Positions 32,575 to 41,744 are shown, numbered from the stretch's first letter. The stretch is DNA of 64,000 bases from an uncultured Pelagibacteraceae bacterium (GCA_902583295.1 CACHUY010000003.1:694-64693); one strand, 5' to 3'. Program-made: numbers and translations. Notes: generated by a model from the letters alone, not told the origin.

Positions 32575-32592
32575 TGTGGTAAATAGGCAACA
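32575..32592. promoter_or_regulatory. TGT-N12-ACA site upstream of porin 2
   Basis: TGTGGTAAATAGGCAACA, same geometry and same GCAACA right arm as the site at 30919. Confidence 0.55.
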
Positions 32593-32820
32593 AAGTTTTA
32601 AAATTTTTATATTTAAATTTAATATTTAATTTAACTATTAAAATTTAATTATTTTATTTATTGTTTTTATTGATTATTTTTAAAATTAATTTCAGAAGTT
32701 TTTATAGTTGAAATTTAATAGTATTCTTTGAACTTTTTTTAGAGAGCCTCAAGTATATACCCCACTGATTAACTTACTAACTGTAGTTAATATTATTAAT
32801 AATAAACTTAAAGGTAAATT

Positions 32821-33810
32821 ATGAACATTAAGAAAATAGGACTAACTGCTTTAGCAGCTTCACTTGTTTCTGTATCAGCAAATGCTGGTGCGTTATCAGT
32901 GTCTGGTTCAGCAAAAATGGCTATGGAAGGTTTTACTGGTGAAGAATTAAATGCAGGTACAACTTTTTCAATGGGTAACCAAGTAACTATGTCAGGTTCA
33001 GGTGAACTAGATAATGGAATGACTGTTTCACTATCATTCGTACTTGACCAAGGTGACGATGGTACAACAAGTGGAGCATCAGCTACTAATAAAATTAATG
33101 GCACAGCACCATTTGATAGTCACTCTGTAAGTGTTTCTTCTGATACATTAGGAACTTTAAAGCTTTCAGGTGAAGGTGGAGCTTCAGCATCAAGTGCAAT
33201 TGATACTACTGCAGCTGGTGATATCTGGGATAACTTTGATGGTTCTATCGGAGCAACTTCAGGTGCAAAAGTTAAAAATACAGAGGGTGGAGATAACTCT
33301 ATTTATTATACTTTACCATCAATTATGGATGGTTTAGCTATAAATCTATCATACGAACCACAAGGTTCCAACGCTGAGTCGGCAACAGGTTATGGTTTAG
33401 CTTATACAGGTGTTGAAGGTCTTTCACTTAAGTATGCTGTGACTGATCATGAAACTGGAACTTCATCAACATCAGGTGACGATACTGTTATAATGGCTGA
33501 ATACGCTTATGGGCCAATAACAGTAAGCGCTTCTGAAAAAGACTACGATGTTGATACTTCAAACGACCAAGAAGTTTCATCTTATAATATTTCTTACAAT
33601 ATATCTGATGAACTTTCAGTTAGTTACGGTGTTGAAGAAATCACAAAAGACTCAAGTCAAGATGCTGAGTACAGCATGATCAGTGGTTCATACACTACAG
33701 GTGGTATGACAATTTCTGCTTCAATGGCAGAAGCTGAAAATGTTGCTCATGGTACTGCAAGTAATCAAGATTTTGATTACTGGTCATTAAGTGCATCATT
33801 TGCATTCTAA
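32821..33810 (+). CDS. Outer membrane porin (copy 2, paralog of copy 1)
   Basis: Colinear with 31050..32051; long identical peptides such as SGSGELDNGMTVSLSFVLDQGDD; ends SFAF. Confidence 0.9.
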   Translation: MNIKKIGLTALAASLVSVSANAGALSVSGSAKMAMEGFTGEELNAGTTFSMGNQVTMSGSGELDNGMTVSLSFVLDQGDDGTTSGASATNKINGTAPFDSHSVSVSSDTLGTLKLSGEGGASASSAIDTTAAGDIWDNFDGSIGATSGAKVKNTEGGDNSIYYTLPSIMDGLAINLSYEPQGSNAESATGYGLAYTGVEGLSLKYAVTDHETGTSSTSGDDTVIMAEYAYGPITVSASEKDYDVDTSNDQEVSSYNISYNISDELSVSYGVEEITKDSSQDAEYSMISGSYTTGGMTISASMAEAENVAHGTASNQDFDYWSLSASFAF

Positions 33811-33831
33811 TTTAATTTAGATTAATTTATT

Positions 33832-33862
33832 AAAAGGGCCCCAATTATGGGGCCTTTTTTTT
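33832..33862 (+). terminator. Intrinsic terminator after porin 2
   Basis: Hairpin and T-run identical to the one after porin 1. Confidence 0.9.
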
Positions 33863-34391
33863 ATTCAAAATAAGATATTCCAGCGAAATCAAAACAATTT
33901 ATAAGCTTAAGTTGCTTGAGATTTTTTCTTGAAATACCCCCTAAAGCTACAGTCTTTTTGTTTGTTAGCTTGTCTAAAAGTTTAAATCTATTGATACCTA
34001 AAAAGTTTTTATTTTTTTTAAATAATGATGATAAAAATATTTTATTAACATTTTGATTTTCTTTTGTTTTTATTTCCTTAAGATTATGCGCAGATCCAAT
34101 TATATTAAATTTTTTCTTAAACGAGTAAGCTAAGTGATTTAGATTTCTATTAAATGATGGAATATAAGCTCCATCCAAATTTAACTTAATTGCCAATTTT
34201 ATGTTATTTGAAAGGTAAAATTTAAGTGACTTTTTCTTACAATATTTTTGTATTTTTAAAATTAGCATCTGATCTGTTTTTTTTGATGCATAGTTTCTAA
34301 AAATGATGGCTGTTTGCTTGTCTTGTTTATTGATATTGTTTGTATCAAATTTATTAATAAAGTAATATTTTCTAACCATTATAAAATGCAT
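33861..34391 (-). CDS. Thiamine phosphate synthase-like (TMP-TenI) protein, divergent
   Basis: IGSAHN..EI, IFLS.LF, LG..RF, ALGGI motifs; start ambiguous (34379, 34391 or 34403). Confidence 0.7.
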   Translation of the reverse strand: MHFIMVRKYYFINKFDTNNINKQDKQTAIIFRNYASKKTDQMLILKIQKYCKKKSLKFYLSNNIKLAIKLNLDGAYIPSFNRNLNHLAYSFKKKFNIIGSAHNLKEIKTKENQNVNKIFLSSLFKKNKNFLGINRFKLLDKLTNKKTVALGGISRKNLKQLKLINCFDFAGISYFE

Positions 34392-35045
34392 AATACAATT
34401 CAAAATTTAATTAATATTGAAAAAAATATACAAGCCAACTTAAATGATTTAAACATTAATAATCAAACAAAAATTATTGCAGTATCAAAGACATTTAGTG
34501 TGTCAAAAATATTACCACTTATTCACCATGGTCACACTGACTTTGGGGAAAATAAAGTCCAGGAAGCAGTCGATAAGTGGACAGAATTGAAAAAAGAATA
34601 TCCTAATTTAAAATTGCATATGATTGGAAAACTTCAGACCAATAAAGTTAAGTATGCTGTAAAATTATTTGATTACATTCATTCAGTCGATAATGAAAAA
34701 TTAGCAAGAAAAATTTCAGAGGAAGATAAAAAACTAAATAAAAAAACTAAGGTATTTATACAAGTAAATATAGGTGGAGAGGATCAAAAATCTGGAGTAA
34801 GCAAAATTGAAATATTCAAATTATTGTCATATTGTAGAGAAATAAAATTGGATGTTGTTGGACTCATGTGCATCCCTCCATTGGAAAATGACCCTGATAG
34901 TTATTTTAAAGAAATGAGTAAACTAAATAAAGGTTTTGGTTTTTCTGAATTAAGTATGGGTATGTCTTCAGATTACTTAAAAGCAAGTGAACATTCAGCT
35001 ACTTACTTACGAATAGGCTCAAGTATTTTTGGTCAGCGTTCTTAA
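34386..35045 (+). CDS. yggS: PLP homeostasis protein YggS
   Basis: IAVSK, FGENKVQE, HMIGKLQTNK, LSMGMSSD, RIGS.IFG motifs. Confidence 0.95.
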   Translation: MHNTIQNLINIEKNIQANLNDLNINNQTKIIAVSKTFSVSKILPLIHHGHTDFGENKVQEAVDKWTELKKEYPNLKLHMIGKLQTNKVKYAVKLFDYIHSVDNEKLARKISEEDKKLNKKTKVFIQVNIGGEDQKSGVSKIEIFKLLSYCREIKLDVVGLMCIPPLENDPDSYFKEMSKLNKGFGFSELSMGMSSDYLKASEHSATYLRIGSSIFGQRS

Positions 35046-35536
35046 ATTATTTTTATTTTTGTTTTTTTATTTATAAGTTTTAACATTATTTGGAAGTCTT
35101 TCAGTTTTAAAGCTATACATCCTTCAGTAGGTTTGTAGTTGTTTGTTAAATGTATAAAAATACAACTTCCACGACCAATTTTTGGGTTTTCAAAATTATA
35201 CTTAATTGGAATTAGGAAATCATACTTATGATCTGACCTTAAGAGTTTTTCATGTTTAATATGAGCATTTCTTTTGATTAATCTATTGTATTTTTTTGGA
35301 AAATTTAAGTCATCACACCATCCATGATTTTTAGTTATTTCTATGCATTTAAGAGATGTTCGTGGCATTTCCAATCTATCTTTTCTAAAATATAGGTTTT
35401 CAATTCCAAATGTTCCCTTAGGGGTTTTATGATCCCCTTCTTGTTTGATTTGGGTGGTACCATTTTTTCCAATACAACATTTGAAAAAAAAATCATCAAC
35501 CTGAAGAGTATGTTTATTTTTTAAAAAAATTGTCAT
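35042..35536 (-). CDS. L,D-transpeptidase family (YkuD-like) protein
   Basis: K.EGD..TP.G, WCDD, GS.IFIH....PTEGCIA catalytic H/C motif. Confidence 0.85.
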   Translation of the reverse strand: MTIFLKNKHTLQVDDFFFKCCIGKNGTTQIKQEGDHKTPKGTFGIENLYFRKDRLEMPRTSLKCIEITKNHGWCDDLNFPKKYNRLIKRNAHIKHEKLLRSDHKYDFLIPIKYNFENPKIGRGSCIFIHLTNNYKPTEGCIALKLKDFQIMLKLINKKTKIKII

Positions 35537-35548
35537 ATTCTTATTATT

Positions 35549-36112
35549 GTGAGTAATCAAAATTTAATAATATATAGATGTAGCTCTTTATATCATATTC
35601 TTAAAGAACTTGAGCAAGATTTAAATATTCAAGTATTTGAGGCAGTAAATGAGAAAAATTTAAGCAGTTTAATATTAACCCTACAAAATTATTTAATAGT
35701 AACATCTAAAAAAATATCTGAAAAAAATGAATATGTAATATTAGATAAATTACCAATTAAACTATCTAAATTATTAGAAATTTTAAATATTAAGTTTTTA
35801 AAAAATAAATTTGTCAATCAATCAAAAATTGAAATAAAAAATTATTTAATAGATTTAAATTCTAGAGAAATATCTTATCAAAATACTAAGCTTAAATTAA
35901 CTGAAAAAGAGATAAATACTATTGTTTATTTATCTAACAAAAAAAAACCTATTAGTATACGAGAGTTACAAACTAAGGTATGGGGTTATCAATTGGGTAT
36001 GGAAACACACACAGTTGAAACTCACATTTATAGATTAAGAAAAAAGATTTCAAAAACTTTTGACGATGATAATTTGTTATTAAGTAAAAAAAATGGTTAC
36101 CAAATCACCTAA
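35549..36112 (+). CDS. OmpR-type winged-helix regulator, CenR-like, degenerate receiver
   Basis: LTEKE...VWGY....THTVETHIYRLRKKI effector domain; divergent from the L,D-transpeptidase gene; GTG start. Confidence 0.8.
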   Translation: MSNQNLIIYRCSSLYHILKELEQDLNIQVFEAVNEKNLSSLILTLQNYLIVTSKKISEKNEYVILDKLPIKLSKLLEILNIKFLKNKFVNQSKIEIKNYLIDLNSREISYQNTKLKLTEKEINTIVYLSNKKKPISIRELQTKVWGYQLGMETHTVETHIYRLRKKISKTFDDDNLLLSKKNGYQIT

Positions 36113-36215
36113 AAAAAATCCTCTAGTTAAGGATTTATATTCCAAGAAATATAAGCCAAAGATAGTTAAACCCAAAAAAGGCAGAGGTAGTTTCAAAAGA
36201 ATTAAAAAAGTTTAA
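36093..36215 (+). CDS. arfA: ArfA-like alternative ribosome rescue factor, 40 aa (not in ORF track)
   Basis: Hand translation MVTKSPKKNPLVKDLYSKKYKPKIVKPKKGRGSFKRIKKV*; resembles the ArfA core N...LL....F..R....KKGKGSY.R. Confidence 0.7.
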   Translation: MVTKSPKKNPLVKDLYSKKYKPKIVKPKKGRGSFKRIKKV

Positions 36216-37138
36216 ATTCTTGCCCCAATTTTTTGGATAATTTTTGATGACAATTCAGTTCCTTTAAGCAGACTTTCTTTTGTCGTCAAATTATTAGTAA
36301 CACCATGCAAATAACCAGCAGCAAATAAATCTCCAGCACCGGTTAGATCAGTTATATTAAGATTTTTTATAGCAGCACATTCTACAATTTCACCTTTATC
36401 AACTGCTATTGCTCCTTTTTCACCCCTAGTAATTACTATATTTTTATTTAAATCTTTTACAAAAGTTATTGCATCATTAAATGACTTACTCTCAATTAAT
36501 GATAAGATTTCTTGTTCATTAGCAAAAATGATATCAATTTTATTTTTTACTAAATCTAAAAATTGACTTTTATGTCTTTCTACACAAAACAGGTCAGATA
36601 ATGACATAGCAACTTTATTCGAATTAAGAATGGCTTTATCAAAAGCTTTCTTTGGCTCGCCTTCATCCCACAAATATCCTTCTAAAAAAGTTATTTTTGC
36701 TTTGCCAATTAGATTTGCGTCTACATCTTTATCGCTTATTTTCCCTGCAGTGCCAAGAAAAGTACACATGGTTCTTTCAGAGTCAGGAGTAATCAAAATC
36801 AAACAGGTTCCTGTAGGAATAGGTTCTTTTTTTTTTGAGTATAAAAAATTTACTTTTTCTTTTTGCAAACCATCTTCATATTTTTGACCTAGATCATCAT
36901 CATTAACTTTTCCAATAAATCCAACGTCATTGCCTAATTGTGATAAACCAACTATTGAATTTGCAACTGAACCACCAGAAATAGTGTCCTCAATAGAGAG
37001 ACCTGAAAGTAAATTTTTAAACTCAGTCTCATCAATTAATTTCATCGTACTTTTAGTTAAAGAATTTTTAATTAAAAATTCATCATCTATTTTACAAAGC
37101 ACGTCAACAATTGCGTTTCCAATTCCTAAAATTTTCAT
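36212..37138 (-). CDS. PfkB family (adenosine-type) kinase
   Basis: GNAIVD, GGSVANS, ERTM.T.LG, DLTGAGDLFAAG motifs. Confidence 0.92.
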   Translation of the reverse strand: MKILGIGNAIVDVLCKIDDEFLIKNSLTKSTMKLIDETEFKNLLSGLSIEDTISGGSVANSIVGLSQLGNDVGFIGKVNDDDLGQKYEDGLQKEKVNFLYSKKKEPIPTGTCLILITPDSERTMCTFLGTAGKISDKDVDANLIGKAKITFLEGYLWDEGEPKKAFDKAILNSNKVAMSLSDLFCVERHKSQFLDLVKNKIDIIFANEQEILSLIESKSFNDAITFVKDLNKNIVITRGEKGAIAVDKGEIVECAAIKNLNITDLTGAGDLFAAGYLHGVTNNLTTKESLLKGTELSSKIIQKIGARI

Positions 37139-37139
37139 T

Positions 37140-37793
37140 TTATGCTTTTTTTGTAATTATGGATTTTTTTCTATTAGGATAGCAAGTAGTGCATATTTTA
37201 CAAGTTAATCCATAACATTCTCTTGCCTTGCAATATTCTCTTCCGTAAAAAATTATCTGCAGATGAAGTTTTGACCATGTTTTTTTAGGAAAAATCCTCT
37301 TTAAATCATTTTCTGTTTGAACAACGTTTTTTCCGTTTGTAAGGCCCCATCTCTGAGCAAGTCTATGTATATGGGTATCTACAGCAAATGCAGGATACCC
37401 AAAGCCCTGAGACATCACAACACTAGCCGTCTTATGTCCTACACCAGGTAGTTTTTCTAGTTCTTCAAAAGTTTTTGGAACTTTTCCATTATGCATTTCT
37501 AAAATTTGTTTTGACATTAAATAGATGCTTTTGGCTTTAATTCTGAAAATTCCAATTTTTTTTATTAATCTTTCAATTTTTTTTCTTCCTAATTTTACAA
37601 AGTGTTCAGGTTTGTTATATTTAGGGTATATTTTTTTTGTTACATTATTCACATTAATATCTGTACACTGTGCAGATAATAAAACTGACACCAATAGAGT
37701 AAAAGTATTTTTATGTTTTAATGGAACAGGCGCTTCTGGATAAATTTTGTTTAAAATTTTTATTATTCTTTTTGCCTTTTCTTTTTCATTCAT
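37140..37793 (-). CDS. nth: Endonuclease III
   Basis: LLSAQCTD, HhH motif LPGVGHKTA, VDTHIHR, C-terminal Cys cluster. Confidence 0.96.
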   Translation of the reverse strand: MNEKEKAKRIIKILNKIYPEAPVPLKHKNTFTLLVSVLLSAQCTDINVNNVTKKIYPKYNKPEHFVKLGRKKIERLIKKIGIFRIKAKSIYLMSKQILEMHNGKVPKTFEELEKLPGVGHKTASVVMSQGFGYPAFAVDTHIHRLAQRWGLTNGKNVVQTENDLKRIFPKKTWSKLHLQIIFYGREYCKARECYGLTCKICTTCYPNRKKSIITKKA

Positions 37794-38569
37794 TATGAAA
37801 AATCAAGTAAATCTCTCATTGAATACAAACCTGGTTTTTTTTTCATAAGCCATTTTGCAGCTGTTAGGGCTCCATCTGAGTATAGTGTTCTATCAAAAGC
37901 CTCATGGTTTAAAGTAATAATTTCTTTACCACTTGAGAATTTTACTTCATGTTCACCTATAATTTCACCTCTTCTTAATGAGCTAAAATTTATTTTTTTC
38001 CCATATGGAAAAGACTTTTTATTTAAAAACTTTTTACCAATTAAACTGTAAAGATTTTTACCTTTACCATCTGCAATTCCTTTACCTAACATTAGGGCAG
38101 TTCCTGAGGGATAATCTTTTTTATGTCTATGATGAACTTCAAATATTTTGCTTAAATAATCGTCATTCAAAGATTTTGATGCAATTTCAGTCAAATACAT
38201 TAACAAATTTACACCTAAACTCATGTTACCAGCCTTTAATATAGGAATTTTTTTAGCGTATTTTTTAATTAGGTTTTCTTGAGATCTACTAAATCCAGTT
38301 GTTCCAATTACAACTTTCTTCTTAAGTTTTGAAGCTATTTTTAATATCTCTAGTGTACATTTTGGAATTGTGAAATCTATAATCAAATCTGTTTTTTTAA
38401 ATGCATGTTCGGTGTTGAATTCTGGTTTAATTCCTTGAATTTTCTTATTAATGTTTCTGTTTTCTGTAAGAGCTTTTAAATGAAAACTTTTGTTTTTTTT
38501 TGAAGATCTAATCAGTTGTTGACCCATTCTTCCCATACAACCTGAAATGCCTAAATTAATTTTTTTCAT
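37793..38569 (-). CDS. dapB: 4-hydroxy-tetrahydrodipicolinate reductase
   Basis: G..GRMG, IDFT, GTTG, EVHH..K.D.PSGTAL motifs. Confidence 0.96.
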   Translation of the reverse strand: MKKINLGISGCMGRMGQQLIRSSKKNKSFHLKALTENRNINKKIQGIKPEFNTEHAFKKTDLIIDFTIPKCTLEILKIASKLKKKVVIGTTGFSRSQENLIKKYAKKIPILKAGNMSLGVNLLMYLTEIASKSLNDDYLSKIFEVHHRHKKDYPSGTALMLGKGIADGKGKNLYSLIGKKFLNKKSFPYGKKINFSSLRRGEIIGEHEVKFSSGKEIITLNHEAFDRTLYSDGALTAAKWLMKKKPGLYSMRDLLDFS

Positions 38570-38605
38570 TATTAAAATACTAACTCTTTTTAATTAATTA
38601 GTCTT

Positions 38606-39730
38606 TTAATTTTTCCAGAAATCTTTAGCTTTTTGAAAGAATTTTTTAATACTTGGATTTGATTTTTCGTTCTCTATTTCTCTGAATTGTTCTAATAATT
38701 CTTTTTGTTTTTTATTTAAATAAACAGGCACTTCTGTTTTAACCTGAACATATAAATCTCCATAATCACCTCTTCTCATGAAAGGCATTCCTTTACCTTT
38801 TAATCTGAATTGTTTTCCATTTTGAGTACCATCAGGTATTTTAATTTTTGCTTTGCCACCATCAATTGTTGGAATTTCAATCGTTGTTCCAAGGGCAGCG
38901 TCTGCAAGGGATATAGGAAACTCAAAAAATAAATTTTCATCTGATCTCTTAAACAAGTCATGTGAATGAACATTAACAAACAAATACAAATCACCAGTAG
39001 ACCCTCCTCTGCTTCCAGCTTCTCCTTTTCCTGCAAGTCTAATTCTTGTGCCATCATCAACTCCTCTTGGAATTGTTACAGCTATTTTTTTTGAGGCTTG
39101 TGTTTTTCCTTGACCATTACAGTCGGTACATGGGTTTGTGATTTCTTCTCCATTACCGTTACATTGAGGGCAGGTTTGTTGAACAGTAAAAAAACCTTGG
39201 TTAGATCTTATTTTTCCATTACCACCACAATATGAACATGTATCAGGAGAAGAACCAGGTCTTGAACCATTCCCTTTGCATGTTCCACATTTCTCAGTCG
39301 TTGAAAATTTAATATCTTGCTTTTTACCGTGATAGGCCTCCTCAAGGGATATGGAAAGATCATATCTTAAATCTGATCCTCTATTATTAGTTCTTCGGCT
39401 TCTAGATCTTCCACCACCAAAATCCCCAAAGAAATCTTCAAAAATATCTGAAAAATCTGCACCACTAAAACCACCAAAACCACCACCAGGTCTTCCACCT
39501 CCATTTTCAAAAGCAGCATGACCAAAGTTATCGTAGTTTTGTTTTTTTTCTTTGTCCGAGAGTATTCCGTATGCCTCACTAGCTTCTTTAAATTTGTCTT
39601 CAGCTTTAGTGTCGCCAGGATTTTTATCTGGATGATATTTGACTGCTAATTTTCTGTAGGCTGATTTTAAATCTTCAGGGCTTGCGTTTTTACCAACGCC
39701 CAGGACATCATAATAGTCTCTTTTAGCCAT
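38606..39730 (-). CDS. dnaJ: Chaperone DnaJ
   Basis: HPD J-domain, G/F region, four CxxCxGxG repeats. Confidence 0.98.
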   Translation of the reverse strand: MAKRDYYDVLGVGKNASPEDLKSAYRKLAVKYHPDKNPGDTKAEDKFKEASEAYGILSDKEKKQNYDNFGHAAFENGGGRPGGGFGGFSGADFSDIFEDFFGDFGGGRSRSRRTNNRGSDLRYDLSISLEEAYHGKKQDIKFSTTEKCGTCKGNGSRPGSSPDTCSYCGGNGKIRSNQGFFTVQQTCPQCNGNGEEITNPCTDCNGQGKTQASKKIAVTIPRGVDDGTRIRLAGKGEAGSRGGSTGDLYLFVNVHSHDLFKRSDENLFFEFPISLADAALGTTIEIPTIDGGKAKIKIPDGTQNGKQFRLKGKGMPFMRRGDYGDLYVQVKTEVPVYLNKKQKELLEQFREIENEKSNPSIKKFFQKAKDFWKN

Positions 39731-39758
39731 TTAATTACCCCAGACATTTAATGTCAGT

Positions 39759-41684
39759 TTATGCGCTTTTTTCTTTATTCTCGTCTTTTACTTCTTCGAA
39801 ATCAGCATCAACAACATTTTCGTCTTTTTTACCTGCATCACCACCACCATCATCTTTTCCAGATTCTGGTTTAGCACTCTGTTGTGATTTGTAAATTGCT
39901 TCTCCAAGTTTCATAGAAGCTTGAACTAAAGCCTCAGTTTTTTTCTTGATATCTTCAATATCCTCACCTTTTAAAGCTTCCTTTACGGCTGATGATGCAT
40001 CTTCAATTGCTTTCTTTTCTGCATCAGAAACTTTTGTTCCATGCTCTTTTAAGTTTTTTTCAGTAGAGTGAATTAAAGTATCTGCTTGATTTCTAACATC
40101 AACCGACTCTCTTTTTTTCTTGTCAGCTTCTTTGTTAGCCTCAGCATCTTTAACCATTTTTTCAATCTCTTCATCACTTAATCCGCCAGAGGCTTGAATT
40201 TGAATTTTTTGTTCCTTACCAGTTCCTTTGTCTTTTGCAGAAACATTTACAATACCATTTGCATCAATATCAAAAGTTACTTCAATTTGAGGAACTCCTC
40301 TAGGAGCAGGGGCAATGCCTACTAATTCAAAATTACCTAAAGCTTTGTTGTCACTAGCCATTTCTCTTTCACCTTGTAATACTCTTATAGACACAGCTGG
40401 TTGATTATCCTCTGCGGTCGAAAATACTTGGCTTTTTTTAGTTGGTATTGTTGTGTTTTTATCAATTAGTTTTGTAGAAACGCCACCAAGTGTTTCAATA
40501 CCAAGTGAAAGTGGAGTTACATCTAATAATAGCACATCTTTTACATCACCCTGAAGTACACCAGCTTGAATCGCTGCTCCCATAGCTACTACTTCATCTG
40601 GATTGACACTTTTATTTGGGTCTTTACCAAAAAAGTTTTTAACTTCTTCGAGAACTTTTGGCATTCTAGTCATACCTCCGACCATAACCACTTCATCGAT
40701 TTCACTTGCGTTAATACCAGCATCTTTTAAAGCTGTTTTGCATGGTGGAATTGTTCTAGAAATTAAATCCTCAACTAAAGCTTCAAGTTTAGCTCTAGTC
40801 ATTTTTAAATTAATATGTTTAGGACCTGTTTTGTCTGCAGTAATAAATGGTAAATTAATATCTGTTTGTTCAGCAGATGATAATTCAATTTTTGCCTTTT
40901 CTGCAGCTTCTTTTAATCTTTGTAACGCAAGTTTATCAGATTTAAGATCAATACCATTATCTTTTTTAAATTCTGAAACCAAATAATCAACAACTGCATT
41001 ATCGAAATCTTCACCACCTAAAAATGTATCACCGTTAGTAGATTTAACTTCAAACACACCGTCACCTAATTCTAAAATAGAAACATCAAATGTTCCTCCA
41101 CCTAAATCATAAACAGCAATTTTTTTATTTTGTTTTTTATCTAAGCCATAAGCAAGTGATGCAGCCGTTGGTTCATTTATGATCCTTAAAACTTCAAGTC
41201 CAGCAATTTTTCCTGCATCTTTAGTCGCCTGTCTTTGAGCGTCATTAAAATATGCTGGAACAGTAATTACTGCTTTAGTTACAGCTTGCCCCAAGTATTT
41301 TTCAGCAGTCTCTTTCATTTTCTGTAAAATAAAAGCAGATATTTGAGATGGAGAGTATTTTTCACCTTTAGCTTCAATCCAGGCATCACCTTTTTCAGAA
41401 TTTACTATTTTAAAAGGTGCAGCTTCAATATCTTTTTTAACCGTAGGATCATCAAAGTTTCTTCCTATTAATCTTTTAACTGCAAAGATGGTATTTTCTG
41501 GATTTGTTACAGCTTGTCTTTTTGCAGGCTGTCCAATTAATTTTTCGCTTTCATCAGTAAAAGCTACAACTGAAGGAGTTGTTCTTGCACCTTCTGCGTT
41601 TTCTAATACTTTAGCTTGCGTTCCTTCCATTATCGCAACGCATGAATTTGTTGTACCTAAATCTATTCCAATAATTTTACTCAT
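39759..41684 (-). CDS. dnaK: Chaperone DnaK
   Basis: [32 protein letters not shown] motifs. Confidence 0.99.
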   Translation of the reverse strand: MSKIIGIDLGTTNSCVAIMEGTQAKVLENAEGARTTPSVVAFTDESEKLIGQPAKRQAVTNPENTIFAVKRLIGRNFDDPTVKKDIEAAPFKIVNSEKGDAWIEAKGEKYSPSQISAFILQKMKETAEKYLGQAVTKAVITVPAYFNDAQRQATKDAGKIAGLEVLRIINEPTAASLAYGLDKKQNKKIAVYDLGGGTFDVSILELGDGVFEVKSTNGDTFLGGEDFDNAVVDYLVSEFKKDNGIDLKSDKLALQRLKEAAEKAKIELSSAEQTDINLPFITADKTGPKHINLKMTRAKLEALVEDLISRTIPPCKTALKDAGINASEIDEVVMVGGMTRMPKVLEEVKNFFGKDPNKSVNPDEVVAMGAAIQAGVLQGDVKDVLLLDVTPLSLGIETLGGVSTKLIDKNTTIPTKKSQVFSTAEDNQPAVSIRVLQGEREMASDNKALGNFELVGIAPAPRGVPQIEVTFDIDANGIVNVSAKDKGTGKEQKIQIQASGGLSDEEIEKMVKDAEANKEADKKKRESVDVRNQADTLIHSTEKNLKEHGTKVSDAEKKAIEDASSAVKEALKGEDIEDIKKKTEALVQASMKLGEAIYKSQQSAKPESGKDDGGGDAGKKDENVVDADFEEVKDENKEKSA

Positions 41685-41704
41685 AAATTTTTATCCTATC
41701 CGTC

Positions 41705-41732
41705 ATATAAGGTTTAAATCCTAATCTACAAG
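41705..41732 (-). promoter_or_regulatory. RpoH-type promoter of dnaKJ
   Basis: Minus strand CTTG-N17-CTTATAT matches the alphaproteobacterial RpoH consensus CTTG-N17-CYTATNT. Confidence 0.7.
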
Positions 41733-41744
41733 TTGATCTAAGGA

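Larger units (their letters stand above)
32067..33864 (+). repeat. 38-bp exact direct repeat (32067-32104 and 33827-33864), period 1760 bp
   Basis: TTATTAAAAGGGCCCCAATTATGGGGCCTTTTTTTTAT present at both positions. Confidence 0.95.

Noticed and set aside
32600-32700. Quasi-periodic TTAA/ATTT runs upstream of porin 2 as a repeat array or CRISPR
   Set aside because: Low-complexity AT tract with no constant repeat unit, no spacers and no cas genes.
32067-33864. 38-bp direct repeats as att sites or transposon ends
   Set aside because: The repeats are the porin terminators and no integrase or transposase is present; tandem duplication or conversion explains them better.
39743-39755. Small hairpin GACATT-T-AATGTC between dnaK and dnaJ
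   Set aside because: Weak stem without a U-tract; cannot support a terminator call.
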